DNA from: Macrostomum lignano
Taxonomy: Eukaryota
NCBI GenBank assembly: GCA_002269645.1
Contig: NIVC01001600.1
Span: 62,001 to 126,000 of the forward strand
DNA: 64,000 nucleotides
Direction of reading: 5' to 3'
The translations under genes and the position numbers were made by a program. A model generated the notes under the pieces. The model was given only the letters and a program-made list of their open reading frames with translations, had not been told where the DNA came from and did no database searches. This document shows, one piece after another, positions 1 to 12,059 of this stretch (the stretch's first letter is position 1; every line of letters begins with the position of its first letter).

Positions 1-321
1 CCGGTAATGAGCAAGCAGTCTGCACCACCGACCAGCAGCGCTGAGCCAGCCCAAGCTGAACCAATAACGGACAATGCTGCCCCCAACGTTGTAACCGGTG
101 AGAGGGGCTTCACGCAGAATGATGTGCTCGGGGTGGTACTTGAGGCACTCAACCGGATTATGGAGATCGAACCGGGGCGTCTGCTCACTGCCTGGGAAGC
201 AAGCCAGCTTGCTATTCAGGTAGTGACAGAGGTCCTGGCGACCTTCTTGAATCCCGGAAGGGTGCCTGCTGCCAGGGCGGGTGAAGCCAAAGCCACTTTG
301 GTGAGCGGAGGCGGATCCTAA
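1..321 (+). pseudogene. Probable C-terminal end of non-LTR retrotransposon ORF1
   Basis: Open frame ending about 45 bp before an APE-endonuclease ORF2. No diagnostic motif; the call is positional only. Confidence 0.35.
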
Positions 322-365
322 GCACTGAGAAATCTGAAAATTAATTACGAATTAAAGCCCTTCGT

Positions 366-1340
366 ATGGCTTTCAATAGTAAAAATTCCAATAGCGCACT
401 GAAAATTGGTCACCAAACTGCAATAAACTTAGCAACAAAATGCACGAGATTATTATGTGGTTGCACAATTACAATATAGACATTGGTCTTTTCTCCGAAA
501 CTGATCTCAGAGATAAGGACAAGTTTTATGTACAAGGCTACGCTGTTATCAGATACGACACTCCTGACTTCAGGAGAGGTCTGGCAATTGCTTATAAAAA
601 TACCTTAAATGTTTCGAACGTTAAAAAATTTTATGACAACTCTAACCATGAGTTTATTAGCCTCAATGTCACTCCGAACAATAACCCCAGCAACACTCTC
701 AGGATTTCCCTTATTTACAGAGCTCCCAATCCTGACCAAATCAGCACTGCACTGCTTGAGCAGCTGCTCTCCCAACCTAGATCCTTACTTAAAGGAGATC
801 TCAACTGTCGCCACTCTATGCTGGGCGGTGACAGTGTAGAAAACTTCCCAGGGAAACAACTGTATGAATGGTTTGATAACCATCCGGATCCCCCCTTCAT
901 CCTAAACTCCTTTGGTGACTGCACCAGGATTAATAATAGAGGGGGCAACATTATTGGTAATGTCCTTGATCTAGGCATCTGCTCCCCTGACCTGATTAAC
1001 TCTGTCAGTGATGTCATTGTTGGCGATGATCTCGACAGTGACCACCTACCCATTATTGTTAAAGTTTTTATTGATCCCAACTCCAAGGCTAAACCAAAAC
1101 CACCCAAAAGCTACTGGCACACGGATTGGGAGGCTTTCAGATACGTTCTCCAAGACAAACTAGAAAACTGCAGTATGACTCGATCCCGTATCTCCACTCC
1201 CGATGAACTTGACAAAGTGGTTGATAAACTCACGGAAAAAATACAAGAAACAATAGAGGAGGTAGTCCGTAACAGGGACCCGAGAGAACAGCTACCCCGA
1301 CATAGTAGCTAAGATCAAAAACAGAAGTAACTCTACTCTT
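366..1340 (+). mobile_element. Non-LTR retrotransposon ORF2 N-terminus (APE/EEP endonuclease), frameshifted and truncated before the RT domain
   Basis: LKIGHQ(N)CN start with a 1-nt frameshift near 415, then SET, YRAP, GDLN, LDL and SDHLP motifs in ORF 440-1312. Sequence ends in the post-endonuclease linker and no RT follows. Confidence 0.85.
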
Positions 1341-2730
1341 TCTAGTATGTTTTTTTTGCTAAGCACATACTTTTTCCGCTCGTTTTTATTCAGAGGCACT
1401 GACTCGAACCTATAAGAGGAATCCTATCAGCCATCAGCAGATGGAGGGAGCTGCCAGGAGGGCTCTAAAAGACGCTACCGATCGTCCCAGCAGCCCAGCC
1501 CAGCAGCACAAAAGTAAAGCATCTGAGAGGCAGATGCGCCGATGGTCGAAACGACAAAATTCAGCCATCAGATCGAAGCAGCTGCAACAGAAGAGACAAC
1601 GATTTGATGTCGATGATTCAGTGTTCTTCACTGACACTGAGGAATCCCCAGCCTGAGGCTTGTGCGGTAATTATTTGCAACAATTTATATTCATGAGATT
1701 TTAGTCCCACTTATTCACGTGTAGATTCATATGATATTTACATGTATTAGGTTGCGATCCCCATCATGCACATATGCATAAACTTCAGTCACTTTACTAG
1801 CATTTACTAAAGATGAAGCTTGCGATAGCTGCTGGTCGTAACGCATTATTAGTACTGAATGGTTTATATACTTGCATTGAAAGGCAGAATTTTTCAGGAA
1901 GTTACGCAAAGAGTACGCTCGCTTCCTCACTGATTTGCCTTCTGGGCGAGTTTTGACTTTGATAAGTTTCAGCGTTAATCCATTTTAATTTCTGAATTCC
2001 CCTGCTTGCTATTGCCTATGAGGATGCAGTAGTAGTAAAAGTAGCGGAGTTCCGATTTTAATGGAAATCAAGTTAAAGCCCAATTTACTCCTCTTTCACT
2101 CAGATTAATCATCTCCGTCTATGCCGGCGCGGAAATTTGGCAACAGCAGTCACCGACATGGTCAATGTCATCCTGACGACTAGACTGCAAGCATTTGGTA
2201 ATTTCAATGGACAAGACATGGGGAACATGGCGTGCAAATCTGGTTCAGCCACGCTATCTGATCGGGAGCTCGCTTTTCAATCAAAGTTTTTGGGCTACAT
2301 TCAAGGTATGATATTGTGTTTAAGCTAAATGCAGCTTGCTCTTGCAATCTGTAAACCAAAAAGCAATTATATAGCTTTTTTACACAAATAGTCCTTGTAT
2401 CCAACACTGGCACAACCGGATCTCCCTACACGACACCGCAGCACTAGCTGCCCGTGGTCGCCAGGGGTTAGCAAAATGGGCGGCAACGCCTCCTCGCTTC
2501 ATTCGGATGCATGGATTTTCCTGGAGCTAAGTCAAGTAAGTCAAGGCCTATATTTATTGTCTATGGGTGACGGGCTCCTAAACCCATGAACCCTTAAACT
2601 ATACGAGGCGAAGGCAACCTCGCCCTCTAAATCATATAAGAAACAATCGCCATTCACAACTCACTTTCTATGCGTCAGTTTTCTGTTCAACCCACAATTA
2701 AGTTATTTACAAAATGACATAAAAACAAAG

Positions 2731-2810
2731 TTGTCTTTTTTCAATTGCCCTTATTGTGAGGCATGCACGAGGAGCAACCACCTACGTTATCATCTAAACT
2801 GCATGCATGG
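2731..2810 (+). pseudogene. C2H2 zinc-finger-like remnant inside a decayed coding region
   Basis: FNCPYCEACTRSNHLRYHLNCMH has C-x2-C ... H-x4-H spacing. Confidence 0.4.
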
Positions 2811-3921
2811 ACGGGATCCCGACGTGGTGCAAGCACTCTCGAGGATCCATAGCTATGTAAGTTTTGCTTCCATATTTGCTAACCCACTTCGATGCGCAAG
2901 CACCTTCAGAATTGTACGAAAATTGGGACATTCTGTTTGAGCGTAAAGCTGCTGATGAATGCAGGGCCATGGTTACGAGTTACATGTCTTTACTTGAGGA
3001 ATATATAAATGTTCCGATTGGCCAGTGCCTAAGGCGATACCGCAGCATCCCAAGCTGAGGTACCCGCTTTGCCCGAAGCAGTAGTGCTCGAAGCTGTTGC
3101 AGCAGCAGTTAAGCCTTTAAAGCTATCCCTTCACAGTAGCGCCATTCAGCGACCCAAGCCAAAGCTCAAGAAATCGAGGCACGGCTACGCAGTCAAGACG
3201 AAAGCACAGTTCCTATTTCTGACGCCGGCTTAAAGGGCGAAGGCGCCTTTGCGGCCTGCTTATTGACAAAATGATCTTTTGTGGCACAATATCCAGGCGA
3301 AATCCTTAGTAATGAAGAAGCATACGCCAACGATGCTTATTACGACGGAACTGATCTGGCAGCTTCTGTAACGCCAATAAATGTGGAGAGTCGGGTCGCT
3401 GACAGCGTCAAACGTCAGCCGCACACGCAGCAAGAATAGTGAAGTGAGCAACATCCGATGCTACAAAAGCGCTCGAAACGAGCCGCTGGTATTTATGCGA
3501 TGGACCTCCGTCACAGCAAAAGACGCCGTCAGCAGGCCACAGTATTTTTCTGTAACCTTTCTTTTCTCGCATTTGGCTGGAGTGGCTTCCTAAAACCGTA
3601 GTATGCACTTATTTCGTTAAAATTTGAATTCATGTTTTTACTATCCTACTCCATGCAAACTGCACTTGAAACCTCTGCACTGTTCAGCTACCCTGGTGTT
3701 GTTACTCTTAGTTTGGCTCTGCGACTATTGAATTGAATTCTCTTTATTGAATTCTTTTTAATGAATTCTCAATACAATTGCTTCCAATCGTCTCTCCAGT
3801 TTCTTATTACAAAGTACACGAGCCTAATTACAAGAGTAAGTAGCGATGCAAACTAGAATGCAGCGAGTACATGAGGAAATATTGCCCGGCGTTGATATCA
3901 ATGTCCCTAATATCAATCTAG

Positions 3922-4109
3922 TGTAGTGAGTCACTATTTAGTTCGGCGCCGCACTAGTCAGCTGTTTCCCTCGCCCTCGCCCCAGGCTTCTGTCTGACGC
4001 TTGGCAGTTGCCTGTCCCTTCTCGCCTGTCCTCTGGCCTGTTCCTTGCGCGTTTGCCTGACTGTCTGTTTGTCCTCGTTTGCCCCCCTTTGTCTCGTGTT
4101 CTCGTTTTG
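3922..4109 (+). repeat. Truncated 5' LTR of element A
   Basis: Direct repeat of 7363-7550 (about 15 mismatches in 188 bp by eye), fused directly to integrase coding sequence. Confidence 0.85.
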
Positions 4110-5170
4110 TCCTGCCCGAAGGCCTCGATGCCCAGGTGCTCCAGGAGCTCCACAGTTCGCCACTGCTTGGACACCTCGGCCAGACGAAGACGTTGAAGCG
4201 GCTACGTGAACGATTCTGGAGACTCGGATTAGCCCGTGTCACCGAGAACTTTATCAGTAAGTGCCGGGCCTGTCTTGAAAGTAAATCGCGAAGACGAGAC
4301 CCAGTACCTGTACAGAGCTTTCCGGTGTGTGAAGTTCTGGGAAGAGTACACTGTGACGTAGTAGGCCCTATTGCCCAGAATAGCAAGAGCGGGAACCGCT
4401 ACATCTTGACGCTGTGCGACGCAACGTCGAATTACCCATTCGCCTATCCTGTAGGGAACCAGAAAGCCAAAACTGTCAAGATCCTGCAGGAGCGGTTGAT
4501 CCCTGACTTTGGTGTACCCTGCTGGATACACTGATCAAGGAACCAACTTTACTTGCTCAGCTTTCAAGAAGTTCTGTGACCTGTTTGGCATCCGGCATAC
4601 GACAACAACCTACAATCCAGCTTCTAATGGGCAAGTCGAGAACCTCAACAAGCAGCTGAAGAGCGTCCTCACCTGCCTCCTCGAGCGCAACCATAACGAC
4701 TGGGACACCTTTCTCCCAGCCTGTCTGATGGCTATCCGCTCTATGACAGGTTTCACGCCTCACTACCTGGTGTTTGGTCGTGACTTTCGACTCCCAATCG
4801 ACAACGCGATCAAGAAGATGCCCGAGTATGCCGATCTGCCCGACTACGTCAAGGACTTCCAGCGCCGCTTAGACGATGCGACCGAGCTAGCCAAAGACCG
4901 CCTGCATCTGCATCGACGAGTAGCTGCGCGACGAGCACTACTCGAACCTGCCCGCCGTTAAGAAGCTCAAACCTGGTGACCTGGTTTTCCTCAACAACCC
5001 GGTGCTCGAATCGGATGAGGTGGCGAAGTTCCATCGACCTCGCAAAGCGCTGTACGAGGTAGTCGAACCTAAGGGCGAGGTCGTCTACAAGATTCACCGT
5101 AGACTACCAAACCCGCGGGCCAGGCGTGACGAGCTAATTGTCCATCGCCGGAATTTGCTGCCTCATGCCT
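4110..5170 (+). pseudogene. Gypsy integrase of element A (HHCC zinc domain, rve core, GPY/F-like C-terminus), frameshifted
   Basis: ELHSSPLLGHLG...CRAC, HCDVVGP, WIH(T)DQGTNF (frameshift near 4530), SNGQVENLNK, FTPHYLVFGR, and PGDLVFLNNP...KFHRPRK. Confidence 0.9.
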
Positions 5171-5729
5171 GATCCCGACTACCAGCTGACTTCGGAACCG
5201 GAGGTCGACAAGGCCAAAAAGCGCCGCAGGTCGACCGACGTTTCGGATGGTGCAGGACCCGCGACCCTGACACCGATCCCGGAGGATGATCTGGAGGATG
5301 ACGATGATGACAATGACGCATGGCCGGCGTTCCGATGGCACTTCCGGCCGTTAACGATCCCGGATGTGCGGCCAGGTGAACCGGTCACGACACCAGCGAA
5401 CCAGGCAAGTGAATTTCGGCGTGAGCCACTGCCGTATGGTGATCGCCATGTTAATGTGCCTGGTGTGAATGCGTCTGCATCCGTTGCTTCGTTTTCACCT
5501 GTCCATGCGTCCCCCTTCCCGAACCTTTTTCTGCGGCGCAGTCTCCTGCGCCATCATCTTGCACCGTTCAGGTGGAAGCGTCTCCCTTACCGGTAGCCGT
5601 AGGTAGGCCAGTTAGGGATCGGAGGCCGCCCGAGAGGCTTCTGATTAGCGATCCTAGGGCCAAAAAAAACTAAATTTTAGTCGCACCGCCCGCATGCGCG
5701 TGCACAAATTGAAACATTTCAGCGCAGCA

Positions 5730-6900
5730 ATGCACAAACGCCCGCGTCAAGCGAGCTCAAGCTCTTCTTCTGAGGCTGAGCGAGGCCGGCCAAGCCGGAG
5801 CCAGCGAAGGCCGGGAACCCCGCCCTCCCCAGAGGCCATGGGAATCCCGCGCTGACCCCTGGCCGTACGGCAGCCGAGGCAGCATAATGACCAGCAGCGC
5901 CCAGAGAGGTCACCCTGGCGCTGGAATGAGCGAGCTCGGCGCAATAGCTCGCCATCACCTGAGCCGCGACGGCGCCGACCCGACCACCGAGGTCAACGCA
6001 CTGACCGAACTGAGCTTACCGAGGTCATCGACCTCACGGCTGACTCACCTCCGGGTGGCACTACAGTCCGACGCGTGACTGCCCAGCGATTAGCCGCGGC
6101 TGTCGCGTATGCCCAACTGGAGCAGGAGGTAACCCGCGGCTTAGCTGCGGTCCGCCTCCAAATCAGAACCACTTTTGCAGATGCTGCCTTGGAGCCTTCC
6201 GACCATCTAGAGGTTTGCCAACGCGACTGTGGCAGGTCCGTGGGCCCTGCGCACCCCGGAACTCACGGTGACCAGTCAGGGATGCCCGGGTCGCCGATGT
6301 CCCTGGCGGACGACAACCAACCGCCGAAGGCCAACCGGGAGGAGCCGGCCGAGGCAGTCGGCACTTGGGAAGGCCTAGCCGAAGCCCTGTCCAGGGAACT
6401 GCCCCGCGCTCCGCCGCCCACCCCCGAAGAGCTGCCGCAACTGGTGGACGCGAGCGTCCAGACGGATGCTCCAGGGCCGGCATCGCCCGCTGACGAAGAT
6501 AGAGCCGCACTGCTATCCACAGGGGCCTGCCTGGCGCGCAACATCCTGGTCGACACCGCCCGGCACGGCAACTGGCCCTTGACATTCGCCGGGCCAGTTT
6601 GGAGCGGCCTGCGCCACACGACTGCCAAGGAGCGATCGACCCTGCTGTCCGGTTGGGCGGCTCCGATCTGCAGCAGCCGTATCGGCCCTACGCCGTGCAC
6701 CTGGTGGCGATTTGGGTCGCTCGGCATCTCGACAGCGGCGAGGATGACCTGCTGGCGGCCCTGGCCTGCCCACCACCGCGGTACATCTGAATCGCGCTGA
6801 AGCGATACGCTCTAGCCCTGACAGATTTCCGCCACCCGCGAAGTCTCCTGCGCGAGGTTCTCCTCTCCCCTCTGATGTCCGTGCATTGCATGCCGCGCTG
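5730..6900 (+). pseudogene. Extra 3' ORF (ORF3) of Gypsy element A, unknown function, several frameshifts
   Basis: GC-rich coding-like ORFs 5887-6078, 6075-6800 and 6599-6790 join with single frameshifts between the integrase and the PPT. Confidence 0.5.
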
Positions 6901-7362
6901 ATGTTGCGCCCACTTAGTTCAGGTTCTCTTGCCCTCAGGGAATGCTCCAGTTTCAGCCTGAGCGGGGAGCACCCTGGATTCGTCTCATTTATTCAGGACC
7001 GAAGCGTTTTTGCAACCCCTTGGTGCTCACTTTTAAAGGGGTGAATTGCTGCTAAATGTATTTAGGCGCCATTCTACCGTGGGCCGGCGCCCCTACGTCA
7101 ATATATAGCCGCCATTTCTTAAGTTGGCCGGCGCCCCGTGACATTTAAGCGTTCAGTAGCGGGCCAACGCCCCCGCCGTACTGGACTTCCATCCTTTTGT
7201 GGCCCCCGCCCAGCCAGCATTAATTTCTTACAGCAGCCATCTCAACAGCAATTTATCTGCAGCATTTGCCATGTTAGCGTTTTTCATTAAAACTTGCATT
7301 TGTTCTATTTTTAAATAAAGCGCGCAGCGCTTCACTCCCCCTCTTTATTTGAACGGGGAGAG

Positions 7363-8200
7363 TGTAGTTAGTCGATATTTGGTTAGGCGCCGCACTAGTC
7401 ACCTGTTTCCCTCGCCCTCGCCTCAGGCTTCTGTCTGCCGCTGGGCAGTTGCCTGTCCATTCTCGCCTGTCCTCTGGCCTGTCCCTTGCCAGTTTGCCTG
7501 TCTGTCTGTTTGTCCTCGTTTGCCCCCTTTTGTCTCGTGTTCTCGTTTTGCAGTGCCCAGACAGCTTGGTCTGGCCTGCCTCTGTTTTGTTCTCTGTTTG
7601 GCATCTCCAAATTAAGAGTGCTGTCCTGTTTTCCGGTCCCGAGGTCACGAGTGCCTTCACTTAAGGGCCTTTTTCCCCTTTGTCATGTGAGCCAGTCACA
7701 TGACAGGGCGTTCTTCCTTCTTTAGTCCAAAGTGCAATGATTTCATGATTGTACGCTGGGCTCGTGTTTATGGGGACATCACGTGCGCCAGGACCCCTGC
7801 CTCCTCTGTGGCAGAACCCGCTCGATCGTTGCTAAAAATAGCAACACAGTCACTCAGCGGGGGTCTTTCGTGATATGGTGCACTATAAATGCAGCCCCTC
7901 TCATGGCTTGGTTCAGTCAACCCCCGCGCGTTTCCGTTTTCTGCCTCTCTATATCAGTCATAGTCTCTAAGTTTGTGAGCCAAGTTTGAGCTTAAGTTTG
8001 AACTCCCAAGACTCCCGACGTTGCGTGTGCCTGCTTCTGATTGCTCCTGCTATCAATTAGCAGGCCAGCTTAGATCGCCCGAAGCTAGCACCATCAATCT
8101 AATCCCGCACTAGCCCGGCAGGGACTGCTTACTGTGGACGCTCCTGTTCGAGAACTTCTAAATTTGCACGAAGTGCTAGTCTTTCTCGTCTTAGTTATTT
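7363..8200 (+). repeat. 3' LTR of element A
   Basis: Starts TGTAG immediately after the PPT gaacggggagag, with a TATAAAT near 7884. The 3' end is not resolved and runs into the PolB fragment. Confidence 0.7.
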
Positions 8201-8912
8201 CTTCTTAGACTTCTTACAGACATTGACATGTACAATTTTGTCGAATCGTCAAAGCGAGGGGGTCTCAATTTGCGTTAACAGGTATGCAAAAGTAAACAAT
8301 CCCTACATTGAATCTTACAATAAGGAGCAGCCTTTAAACTACATTACTTACTTGGACGCAAATAATCTCTACGGGTGGGCGATGGCTATCTGAATCGAAA
8401 TGGGACTTTTCAATACCCGGCATTTATGAGGTTGATGTTTACATTCCACCAGAGCTTCACGACTATTTCTGACTTTCCACCCTTCCCTGAGAACATCAAG
8501 TGCCCGAAAATAATCTAAACTCCCAATGGAACTTTGGCACCTGTCAGGAACAGAGAGAGAACATACAGAGAAACTAACACAGAATCTAAACAAGACACGT
8601 TACAAAATCCATTACAAACTGCTTCAGTATTTCATCTCACTGGGTTGCAGGGTCATCAACGTTCACAGGGCTCTTACATTTACAGACGAAGCGTGGATGA
8701 AACCCTACATTGATAAGAACACCCAGTTTAGGACCAAAGCAACCAACGACTTTGACAAGAACCTCTTGAAGTTGACCAACAACTCTGTCTATGGTAAGAC
8801 TCTTGAGAATGAGCGAAAAAGAACAAACCTGAAACTTGTTACCTCATCAGAGCCTGCTGTTATTCAGGCAAATATGTCAAAGCCAACATTCAAAGAACTC
8901 GTCACTTTCTAA
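8200..8912 (+). mobile_element. Protein-primed family B DNA polymerase fragment (Polinton/Maverick or adintovirus type), frameshifted
   Basis: LLTDIDMYNFVESSKRGG, YITYLDANNLYGWAM, IYEVDVYIPPELHDYFSDFP, YKIHYKLLQ, WMKPYIDKNT and KLTNNSVYGKTLEN match the PolB_2 motif order. Confidence 0.85.
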
Positions 8913-11900
8913 AATTAGCAACGGCTAAACGGCCCATGTAGGGAGAAGGGGGAGAATTTTTTAGTATTTATTTTTTATTTTTTTATTTTTTAGTACTTAT
9001 TTGAGCGTGGTCAAGCGGACCAACGGGGGAGTCGATAGGTGGGTAGAGGGTAGCAAAGGGCGAGGGACATCGACCAGGGCGGAGTTGCATAGAGATGTAC
9101 AGTGGACAAATACTCGTACATATACACATGTACATAGGACTGGTCTAAAAGGGAAGGGCTGTGTGGGGATAAAGGCGTAAGAGTATGTGGCGTACTACGA
9201 GCTAGCGATGCGTTACATGGCTCTGCCATTTACTGGATATTGCCTTACAACGATTTTAAAATACAAGGCAATCGCCGATTTGCCAAGGAAGACGAAGAAT
9301 TTCGTCTGGCCTTGGAAGTTGAGCACGAGACATACGAATACGTAAACGAAGAAGGCGTCACAACCGAGATTGTCGTGACCAATTGGGCCGTGGACGTTCG
9401 AGATGACCCAGTTGACGAAGTAGACGTCATGGACTGAGAAGAAGTGACTACTACAGGGCTGTCTGTTGTGTTTCAAATGGTGATGAGATCCGTTTATATG
9501 TGAAATGTCGCCATTTCTTCTAACAATATTCTATGCGTTTTTCCCACCAATGCGCTTTTACTAACACCGTATTCGCTAATGCATAGAACAGCTCCAGAAT
9601 CTCTTGACCACTATAGAGACGGCCACTACAAGGACTGCCGCTTCCTCCAACTATCACGCTCCGACGGCCGAAGACTGCATTTTGCTACACAACAACGCCG
9701 TTACAACGGCAACTACTCCAGGACGCAGCGACAATCAAGGAAACCGGTCACGCTCACCATCGGCTCATGGCGCTAAAGCCACGGTCAATGCGCTCCAGGT
9801 TACCTTCGCCGAACAGGCTGAGAAACCACCAATAAACAGCACTTCGACCCCTGCAGTAGAGCCTTCACCACAAGCCTCCACTTCGCTCTACTTCCACGGC
9901 ACAGGAGATCAACACCTCCTCTCACGTGAACTAAAACGTCAACTGAAACAACGGGCCCAACGACCCGAAATCGCAGACCTCCCAAGTTATTGCTTGCTAC
10001 GACTGGCCAACACCGACTGCCACAACCCCAACCACGAGCTCGATCAAAGCCTCAACTAAGAAACGCCGACATCCAGGAACACGCATCCGCCTTACTTCAC
10101 TACACCAACGGTGAACATCCTACTTTTCTGGCTACTACTCTCTACCTTCTTAGGCCTTGCCAATGCCATGGACAAACTGACATTCGTCGACCATCCACAG
10201 TATCTAGATACACCAATGATCTGTCCTCTGAATGGTCCAGTACGAATCTAAGATCCCAACAGAAATACAGTGCGAAAACTTTAACCCACGACGATTACAT
10301 GCCATTCCACTAAAGCTCCAGCTCTACACATCGAACATCGCACAGACAAGGATAATGATGAACGTCTGCTATCGCGAGGACATTACCGTAGCTTGCTCAC
10401 GGATAGGAAAATATCTACGGTCTTTCCGCGACGCCAGAATAACAGTCACGCCAAAGACAGTCACCCCAGCTGAACGCACACAATGGGTCGACTCACGGAA
10501 TTCACCCGACGGACAACTACAAGTAATAAACACCGTCTCAGACCAACAGCTATTCTGCACACGCACCCTGAGCGACATACTCGGCGACTGCAACGCACTC
10601 CGAACAACAACTTTTTCGACATCAACACTGATCCCGAACGTCGCAGCATTCGCCAGTCCAACTGAGCCGATGATATCACGCTTTTCCGATCCGAAACTGC
10701 CAGTACTCATCGAAAGGGTGCACTATACCCACTACAGTTGAACAAATGATATGCTACAATCTACCACACCAACTGTTAACCGATGCCTGGAGTCCACTAA
10801 CAGCCCGCAGTTTCTAGACTCACTGCAACTGGTGAACGAAAATTGGCCCTCGCCTGGACAGTAACACCTCAAACAGACTGTACACTCATACCGTTTCGCA
10901 CCTTAGAAGGTCAACAACATGCGAACTTATTCATTAACACCGAGCAAACTTTGGCTTTAACTTTCAGCTCGGCTCCCGAAACACACGCTACAATGCTCTA
11001 CGGGAACAAAGAAGCTGTACCTCACTGAACAAGGAAAACACGTTCAAGCCGCTCATTACCTTCGGATCAGATGGCCACAATAAGACCAACCACTAAGACG
11101 ACTACCACTCCAACGTTAACCACCTCGACAGCGACGAATTCATCTACTCGCTTCCCGGCAACTACAACGACTACCGCAGCCATAACGACTACAACCATAA
11201 CCACTATTGCAACCACAACAGAAGAAACAGCGACCACAGAAACAACTCCTTCCCAAAGGCTTCGACTCCAACGACTCTAGCAGCACCAACGACTACAAAG
11301 ACAACTGCTACAACAAACACCCATCGAACGACAAGTTCCACGACAAGCCCTAGTACCACCACAACGCCGACAACGACCAGCGACTCGACAACAACAACGA
11401 CGCCAACATCATCGACACTGACAACAACTAGCTATTGGACAACGGAACCGAACCACTCGACACAAGTCACTACTCAACAGAATGCAGGGACAGATACGAT
11501 ACCATTTCTATGATCCCCTCGCAATTCCGCCCAGGCCACAGAATCCGATCCCTACCCTCAATGGACACCGATGTCGCCGATCAGCCGACCTAACACCAAA
11601 AACCAACCAGTCCTCACCACAAATATCTACCAATCTCGCTTCAGCATTTTACCGTATTCTCTGATCACCAGCCACTTCAGTCGCTGTTCACCAACAAACA
11701 ACCTCTGTCTAGACGCCTGCAAAAATGGATCCTCTATCTACAGAATTACAATTTTCAACTGCGATACATCGCTGGCAAGTCCAATTCCGTTGCCGATTGC
11801 CTTTCTCGTATACTAGAGATCACACTCTTGCATCCGATCCCAGCCTTCGACAACCTGCGAGATTCCATCTCTCAATCACCACTGTTCTCAACTATCATAT

Positions 11901-12059
11901 CACTCTTAGGAGGAGACTCGGAAAATCACAGCTCGAGCCTAACACCAAAATAATTCCGCTACATTCGTGTGACAGTTATGACAACTACAAGCGTATATCT
12001 ATACTGACTCTACTTTGACCCCCCACAAGGAAGTCAACAACACACTACAACGAATCACC

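Larger units (their letters stand above)
3922..8200 (+). mobile_element. Gypsy/Ty3 LTR retrotransposon A, internally deleted (gag-PR-RT-RH missing)
   Basis: A 188-bp LTR segment starting TGTAG occurs at 3922-4109 and again at 7363-7550. A polypurine tract lies at 7351-7362 and the integrase at 4110-5170. The right LTR end is uncertain. Confidence 0.85.

Noticed and set aside
3700-3921. Possible minus-strand solo LTR upstream of Gypsy A
   Set aside because: It has a poly(A)-like signal, but no defined TG...CA ends, PBS or second copy in the window.
5730-6900. Retroviral-type env gene
   Set aside because: No evident signal peptide, furin site plus fusion peptide, or C-terminal TM helix in the fragments. 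It is retained only as an unknown ORF.
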